Assembly (NCBI GenBank): GCA_043827405.1
Contig: JBDRPD010000053.1
Span: forward strand, 96,221 to 160,220
Direction: 5' to 3'
Length of the DNA stretch: 64,000 nucleotides
Source of the DNA: Elusimicrobiota bacterium
Lineage (GTDB): Bacteria > Elusimicrobiota > Elusimicrobia > UBA1565
Under the pieces are notes generated by a model. That model saw only the letters and a list, made by a program, of their open reading frames with translations. It made no database searches and had not been told where the DNA came from. The translations under genes were made by a program, and so were the position numbers. Shown piece after piece: positions 59,477-64,000 of the stretch. The stretch's first letter is position 1, and each line of letters begins with the position of its first letter.

Positions 59477-60418
59477 ATGCGCATCCTGCTCACCGGCGGC
59501 ACCGGCTTCATCGGCCGGCACGTGCTCCCCAAGCTCGGCGGCCATACAGTCCTGCTGCTGACGCGCAGCAAGGCGCGGGCGCCGGGCGGCGTCCAGGTCC
59601 TCGAGGGCGACCTCGCCGACCTCGCCGGCCTGCAGGGGCCGATCAAGGAATTCGCCCCCGAATGCTGCGTCCACCTCGCCTGGGAGGGGCGGCCCGACTA
59701 CTCGCAGGAGCAATGCAATAAAAACCGCATGCTCTCGACCCAGCTCTTCAACCTGCTGGTCGACGAAACCAAGTGCGCCCGCATCGTCGCCGCCGGCACC
59801 CGCAGCGAGTACGCCGCGCTGCGCGGCGCGCTCAAGGAGGACGACCCCGTCGACAGCCCCGGCGACCTGGCGCTGGCCAAGAAGCAGCTCTTCAACTGCG
59901 GCATGGCGCTGGCCAACACCTGCGACATCCAGTTCTACTGGCTGCGCCTGTTCTCGGTCTACGGGCCCGGCCAGCGCCCCGACTGCCTGCTCCCCACCCT
60001 CGCCATGCGTTTTCAGGAGGAGCGCATCCGCCGGCTCACCCCGACCACGAAGCACCACTTTGACGCCGACGTGAAGTACGAGGTCCTGACCCCGGCCAAC
60101 GCCCACGACTTCATCCACGTCGACGACGCCGCCGCCGCGATCGCCGCGGCGGTGACGGCGAACGCCCCGAGCGGCGCCTACAACGTGGGGACCGGCTGCG
60201 CGGTCAAGGTCGCCAAGGTCTGCGGCCTGATGGAGAAGAAGCTGGCCGGCCGCCGCGACTATACCCGGACTCTCAAGAGCCGACCGCGCAAGAACTCGGA
60301 AGGCGCCTGGGCCGACCTGACCAAGACGCGGACGGCGCTGGGATGGGAACCCAAGTACGATATCGCCGTCGGCATCGACCGCTGCCTGCGCGCCGACCGC
60401 TTCGGCCAGACCATCTAG
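59477..60418 (+). CDS. NAD-dependent epimerase/dehydratase (extended SDR)
   Basis: MRILLTGGTGFIGRHV is the Rossmann motif; an active-site Y at the 153 region follows (SVYGPGQRP). Confidence 0.8.
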   Translation: MRILLTGGTGFIGRHVLPKLGGHTVLLLTRSKARAPGGVQVLEGDLADLAGLQGPIKEFAPECCVHLAWEGRPDYSQEQCNKNRMLSTQLFNLLVDETKCARIVAAGTRSEYAALRGALKEDDPVDSPGDLALAKKQLFNCGMALANTCDIQFYWLRLFSVYGPGQRPDCLLPTLAMRFQEERIRRLTPTTKHHFDADVKYEVLTPANAHDFIHVDDAAAAIAAAVTANAPSGAYNVGTGCAVKVAKVCGLMEKKLAGRRDYTRTLKSRPRKNSEGAWADLTKTRTALGWEPKYDIAVGIDRCLRADRFGQTI

Positions 60419-61146
60419 CCGCCGCTAGGCTGATTTGCGTCTTTTTTGATTCTACCGAGCGAGCGCGCGGCTGCCGAGCGAACGTCCTGATTCTCGTCAG
60501 ATAGGTGCTTCTTCAGCTCGGGGACAGCACTCGATGCCGCCGCCCCATAATATCCCAGGAGTCGGATGAGGCGCCGGCGCCCTCTTAAGCCGGATTTTTG
60601 CAACGCGGCAGTCACGACCGGCAGCGCTTCCTGCGCCGTCGGGCCGGGCCCCATACGGGTCAGGATAAACGAGCCGGATTCTTCGGGATCAGTCAGCATG
60701 TACGAAGCTCTCTCGCTCACCTCCGGCCAGTCGCTCTGCATGGCCTCCACGAGCCGCTCCACCGACCACGAGGGCTTGGGGGCCATGGAAATACCGTAGC
60801 CGAGCAGCAGGAGATATGAAGCGAATGCGGTTAAAATTGAATAGATAAAAAATCGTTTCGCCCGCGCCGATGCCGCCCAGCCCTTAGGATCTAAAAAAAC
60901 AACAGGCAGTAGGAACAAGCCGTAGAACATGGCCAGCTCCAGGCACTCGCCCGGCCTGATCGAAGCGTCGTAAAAATAGAGCGTGCCGAGATACCATCCG
61001 GCGGGGAGCGCCAGGACTGCCGTCTTCATCCACAGACGCCGCGCATGGAGTTTCGCCAGGTGCAAAGCCGCGAGCCCCGCTATCCCCGCGAACACGAGGA
61101 CCAGCGGCGGCAGCAGCATAAGCGGAAAATCATGAAACAGCGGCAT
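60415..61146 (-). CDS. Membrane protein with C-terminal HEAT (PBS-lyase-like) repeats
   Basis: Four to five N-terminal TM helices are followed by a C-terminal segment LIRLLGYYGAAASSAVPELKKHLSDENQDVRSAAARSLGRI, typical of HEAT_2/PBS-lyase repeats. It is the last gene of a five-gene overlapping operon. Confidence 0.5.
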   Translation of the reverse strand: MPLFHDFPLMLLPPLVLVFAGIAGLAALHLAKLHARRLWMKTAVLALPAGWYLGTLYFYDASIRPGECLELAMFYGLFLLPVVFLDPKGWAASARAKRFFIYSILTAFASYLLLLGYGISMAPKPSWSVERLVEAMQSDWPEVSERASYMLTDPEESGSFILTRMGPGPTAQEALPVVTAALQKSGLRGRRRLIRLLGYYGAAASSAVPELKKHLSDENQDVRSAAARSLGRIKKDANQPSGG

Positions 61147-61148
61147 GC

Positions 61149-61379
61149 CTATTCGACCATAGAGGTGCCGGGGTTAAACCAAATATCGGTGAAGACCCAC
61201 GTCGCCGCGCTGACGATCAGCAGACAGAGCGGGATTACCCAGCACAGCCTGCCGGCGCGGTTAAGGAGCCCCCTTCCGCCCTCGCCGGAAGCGAGATAGA
61301 AGTACCCCCCCGTCGAGCATGCGCTGAGAAAGAAGAACAAAAAGTATGGGATAAGAGTAAAGACCGTATAAATTCTCAT
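61149..61379 (-). CDS. Small membrane protein
   Basis: Two predicted TM helices. The likely start is the ATG at 61379 (MRIYTVFTLIPYFLFFFLSAC), overlapping the upstream stop. Confidence 0.4.
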   Translation of the reverse strand: MRIYTVFTLIPYFLFFFLSACSTGGYFYLASGEGGRGLLNRAGRLCWVIPLCLLIVSAATWVFTDIWFNPGTSMVE

Positions 61380-62053
61380 GCCCGCACCTTCCGGTCCATC
61401 CAAGAAATCGCCCGCTTAAGCGGCAGAAGCGCCAGCAGAGATGAGAGGACCAGCGCGCTAAACACAGGAAACGGCTCATCGGGCGGCAGACACGCGCACT
61501 CGAGCATCTTCCCGAACGCGCTGCCGAATTTAAACGCCGGGAACACCATAACCGCGAGAACGATCCCCGGCCAGGCGTGCCGAAGTCCCCGCGCTTTCCG
61601 GCTCAGATAATACCCCCCAATGCTCAGGACCGGCAAGATGAGTCCCGCCGAGCGATAAAATCGCGTCAAGGATTCCGGCTGCCCTTCAACAGATGTCATG
61701 GTGAGCAAAAGCGGCGAACCGATCTCGATAAACTGCGCGCCCCCCACATCCCTCACTATCATGATCGACAGGAACGAATACCACGCCAGCAAAGGGAGCA
61801 AGAACAGAGCGGACAGGCGCGACAGGACGAAATGGTGGTGCCGCGCCGCGGCATCATCATCGTGATAGGTACGCAAAGAACGGTATCCGAACACCGCCAG
61901 CCAAATCCACTGCATGAAGCATAGAGACAGCGCATAGTATTCCGCATAAGGGATGTGCAGGAAGGAAAAAACCATAAGCGCCAGCGTGACCAGGGCGAGG
62001 CCGACGGAATCCGCGGCGACATACAGCCGGCGTTCGATCAAGCCGCCGTTCAC
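61376..62053 (-). CDS. Polytopic membrane protein, function unknown
   Basis: About 6 TM helices, with a His-rich loop (HDDDAAARHHHF). It overlaps its neighbours by 4 nt. Confidence 0.45.
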   Translation of the reverse strand: MNGGLIERRLYVAADSVGLALVTLALMVFSFLHIPYAEYYALSLCFMQWIWLAVFGYRSLRTYHDDDAAARHHHFVLSRLSALFLLPLLAWYSFLSIMIVRDVGGAQFIEIGSPLLLTMTSVEGQPESLTRFYRSAGLILPVLSIGGYYLSRKARGLRHAWPGIVLAVMVFPAFKFGSAFGKMLECACLPPDEPFPVFSALVLSSLLALLPLKRAISWMDRKVRA

Positions 62054-62436
62054 ATCTTCACCAACGCGAAATTAACGGCGGCAAGCAGCATCAAAAGCAG
62101 CGCCCATGAGGCGGCTAGCCGTCCGCTCAGCTTGATTTTCTGCTCGGATGCTTCTGGCGAAGCGCGAAGCCGCGCCGCGAGATAGGTAAACGGCAGCACG
62201 GCCAAGGCGGAGACTGCCGCCTCAAAAATTCCCGTCTTGAGTCCCGCCGCCAGGGTTGAAAAGTGGACGATATCCGCCGCGCAATCAAGCAGCCGAGTCG
62301 AGCCGACGAGCGCCGCGAGGAAAACCGCGAAGTGCCAGCGGCTGCGAAGCCGTGGAGCCAGGCCCCAGGTCAAGACCGCGACGGACATGAACATGACTCC
62401 TACGGCGAGGATGCGCGACGGCGGGTACAAAGTCAT
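62050..62436 (-). CDS. Small polytopic membrane protein, function unknown
   Basis: 128 aa with about 4 TM helices. Confidence 0.45.
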   Translation of the reverse strand: MTLYPPSRILAVGVMFMSVAVLTWGLAPRLRSRWHFAVFLAALVGSTRLLDCAADIVHFSTLAAGLKTGIFEAAVSALAVLPFTYLAARLRASPEASEQKIKLSGRLAASWALLLMLLAAVNFALVKM

Positions 62437-62954
62437 GGTCCTGCCTTTTTCTCCAGTTCTTTTAAGGCGTGCTCGACCGCGGAGTGCATATTCGGCGCCT
62501 TATCTTGCGTGAGCTTTCTTAGGTGAGGCAAGGCCTTTGGATCGCCCAGTTCGGCCAGGCCGTATACGGCTGCGACTCTGACATAATCGCTCTCGTCATT
62601 TAGAGAATCAATAAGAGTATCGAGATGTTTGGAATCCCGGGTATAACCTAAAGTCCTGGCAGCACATGCGCGCAGATCGGGACGGGGAGTCTGCAGCAGG
62701 TCCAGCAGCCCCTTGACCGCCTTTTCGCGGCTCGTCCGTGATGAGGTCTCATCCAATACCCATTCACTGGAGCCTTCCCGGATGCAAAGCTCGGCAGCCG
62801 CCTTTGCTTCCGGCTGGAGTTTCTTAAGGAGCTCGCGATCTTCCGATGAAAGCAGCATAAATTCTGTGACAAAAAATATGCCGATGAACCCAAGCGCCGC
62901 TAAAGTCCCCAGCCCCAGCAGGGTTCTAAACAGCGCTTTAATAACGTTTTTCAC
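62433..62954 (-). CDS. Membrane-anchored HEAT (PBS-lyase-like) repeat protein
   Basis: An N-terminal TM anchor is followed by the HEAT-like repeats ...CAARTLGYTRDSKHLDTLIDSLNDESDYVRVAAVYGLAELGDPKALPHLRKL. It is the first gene of the operon. Confidence 0.5.
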   Translation of the reverse strand: MKNVIKALFRTLLGLGTLAALGFIGIFFVTEFMLLSSEDRELLKKLQPEAKAAAELCIREGSSEWVLDETSSRTSREKAVKGLLDLLQTPRPDLRACAARTLGYTRDSKHLDTLIDSLNDESDYVRVAAVYGLAELGDPKALPHLRKLTQDKAPNMHSAVEHALKELEKKAGP

Positions 62955-63101
62955 GCGATTATAACGATCACTGCTCCCTCAAATAGCTTACCTCTCGCGG
63001 CGCAATCGCGCCAGATGCGGCATCAACCATCAACCACCGCCCAGCCGCAAGTTTGATCCATATCCTTGCCTCTTCAAGATGGCATGTATTACCCTTCCTT
63101 A

Positions 63102-64000
63102 ATGCTGTCCGTATGGGGACGATCAGCCGTCATATCCCTACTGCTCTGCTCCTCAGCCGCCGCCGAGCCGTCGCGGCTGATCAGCCTGCAGGGCCGTCTC
63201 ACCGACGCCGGCGGCACCGTCATCACCCTGCCGCAGCCGGTCGTCTTCTCTCTCTACACATCATCGACCGGCGGGGCCGCTTTCTGGAACGAGACCCAAA
63301 ACGTCGCTCCGGACGCCGCCGGCCTCTATGAGGTCTACCTGGGAAGCGTCACCGCCATCCCGTCCTCGGTCGCTTTCAATCAGGATTACTGGCTGGGAAT
63401 AAACGTCGCCGGCGACGGCGAGATGACGCCGCGGCTTATGTTTACGGTCTCACCCTATGCGATCTACGCCTCAAGCGCCTCGTATGTCCCGGACACCGGC
63501 ATATCCGGCAGCACTTGGGACGGTCTCACCGGCGGCGGCATCACGGCGCTGCACTCGCATGCGGGACTCGTCAACGGGCCTCACGCCGATGACCACGCCG
63601 CGGGCGGGCTGGACTCGCTGGCTCCGCTGCAAGTCGATGTCGCGACCTTGACCGTGAGCCACAGCGTCTACCTGGCGACTTCGTCGGGACGGGTGGGCAT
63701 CGGGACCAGCGATCCGCAGACCTTGCTGGATGCGGCGGGCTCGATCCTGATCGGAACGGGAGTCAGTAAAAGTACTTTCACCGCCACCGGGGCGGTCGCC
63801 ATTGACGGCGACTTAACTGTCGCTGGTTCGGGCATCCTCTCCGATACGATGTTTTTCGGCCTGCCGAAGCTTCCGCATGTCATCAATCCAAACAGCCTGA
63901 TAGTTCCGACCACGACGGGACTGCTGCTCTATGAGCCGAACCTTAAAGCCCTCTGCTACAGCAAGACGACGGCGGCAGGAGGCTGGTACCGGGGCGACAA
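63102..64000 (+). CDS. Secreted tail-fibre/adhesin-like protein, 3'-truncated by the window end
   Basis: A frame open from the ATG at about 63102 to the window end (about 299 codons) was missed by the ORF track for lack of a stop. The signal peptide is MLSVWGRSAVISLLLCSSAAA. Segments such as SGRVGIGTSDPQTLLDAAGSILIGTG resemble phage tail-fibre or adhesin repeat motifs. Confidence 0.4.
   Translation, partial: MLSVWGRSAVISLLLCSSAAAEPSRLISLQGRLTDAGGTVITLPQPVVFSLYTSSTGGAAFWNETQNVAPDAAGLYEVYLGSVTAIPSSVAFNQDYWLGINVAGDGEMTPRLMFTVSPYAIYASSASYVPDTGISGSTWDGLTGGGITALHSHAGLVNGPHADDHAAGGLDSLAPLQVDVATLTVSHSVYLATSSGRVGIGTSDPQTLLDAAGSILIGTGVSKSTFTATGAVAIDGDLTVAGSGILSDTMFFGLPKLPHVINPNSLIVPTTTGLLLYEPNLKALCYSKTTAAGGWYRGD

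Noticed and set aside
63021-63040. A tandem ATCAACC ATCAACC repeat and a nearby GGCGC-N4-GCGCC mini-palindrome upstream of the HEAT-repeat operon.
   Set aside because: It is very short. It is plausibly part of the promoter region but indistinguishable from chance.

Overview
This is a gene-dense, high-GC (about 65-70%) bacterial chromosomal segment. Most genes are tightly packed, and many are translationally coupled through ATGA start/stop overlaps. The gene content suggests an anaerobic, possibly FCB-superphylum-like or candidate-phylum organism.

Recognisable content, in order:
- a hydrogenase-maturation operon hypF-hypC-hypD-hypE on the minus strand (hypE runs off the window start);
- a large secreted S8 subtilisin-like protease with fibronectin-III-like repeats and a T9SS-type C-terminal sorting domain, translationally coupled to a PorV/PorQ-like outer-membrane protein;
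- a roughly 0.8 kb low-GC islet carrying an ORF6N/KilA-N-family gene, next to a truncated thioredoxin-like gene;
- a minus-strand operon of thiolase, a DnaQ-like exonuclease, hutH, hutU, yajQ and a wHTH protein;
- a CHASE2-sensor class III nucleotidyl cyclase with a striking perfect inverted repeat upstream;
- ccdA, sucD and sucC, divergent from korA and korB (2-oxoglutarate:ferredoxin oxidoreductase);
- an orphan receiver domain and a diheme cytochrome c;
- an ornithine/carbamoyl-phosphate cluster: a CPGS-like P-loop protein, carbamate kinase, ornithine aminotransferase, ornithine carbamoyltransferase and an aminotransferase;
- ackA, ychF, an EEP-family nuclease/phosphatase, an M42 peptidase plus a cNMP-binding protein, hemolysin-III, and a FetB-like permease;
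- a run of envelope lipoproteins and secreted proteins;
- an AmmeMemoRadiSam system (Memo-AMMECR1 fusion plus radical SAM enzyme), endonuclease V, and a secreted glycoside hydrolase;
- an unusual roughly 1090-aa fusion of a PQ-loop/PnuC-like membrane domain, a uridine-kinase-like P-loop kinase and a tandem cytidine deaminase;
- an ATP-grasp / SGNH-TPR lipoprotein / epimerase cluster;
- a five-gene operon of small membrane and HEAT-repeat proteins;
- the 5' part of a secreted tail-fibre-like protein at the window end.

No rRNA, tRNA or CRISPR array was seen. The ORF track uses alternative start codons (TTG/GTG shown as M), so several listed starts are over-extended; I give my preferred starts. 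Coordinates I derived by hand (repeats, hairpins, alternative starts) are accurate to about 2 nt. All functional calls rest on motif-level recognition from the translated ORFs, not on database searches.
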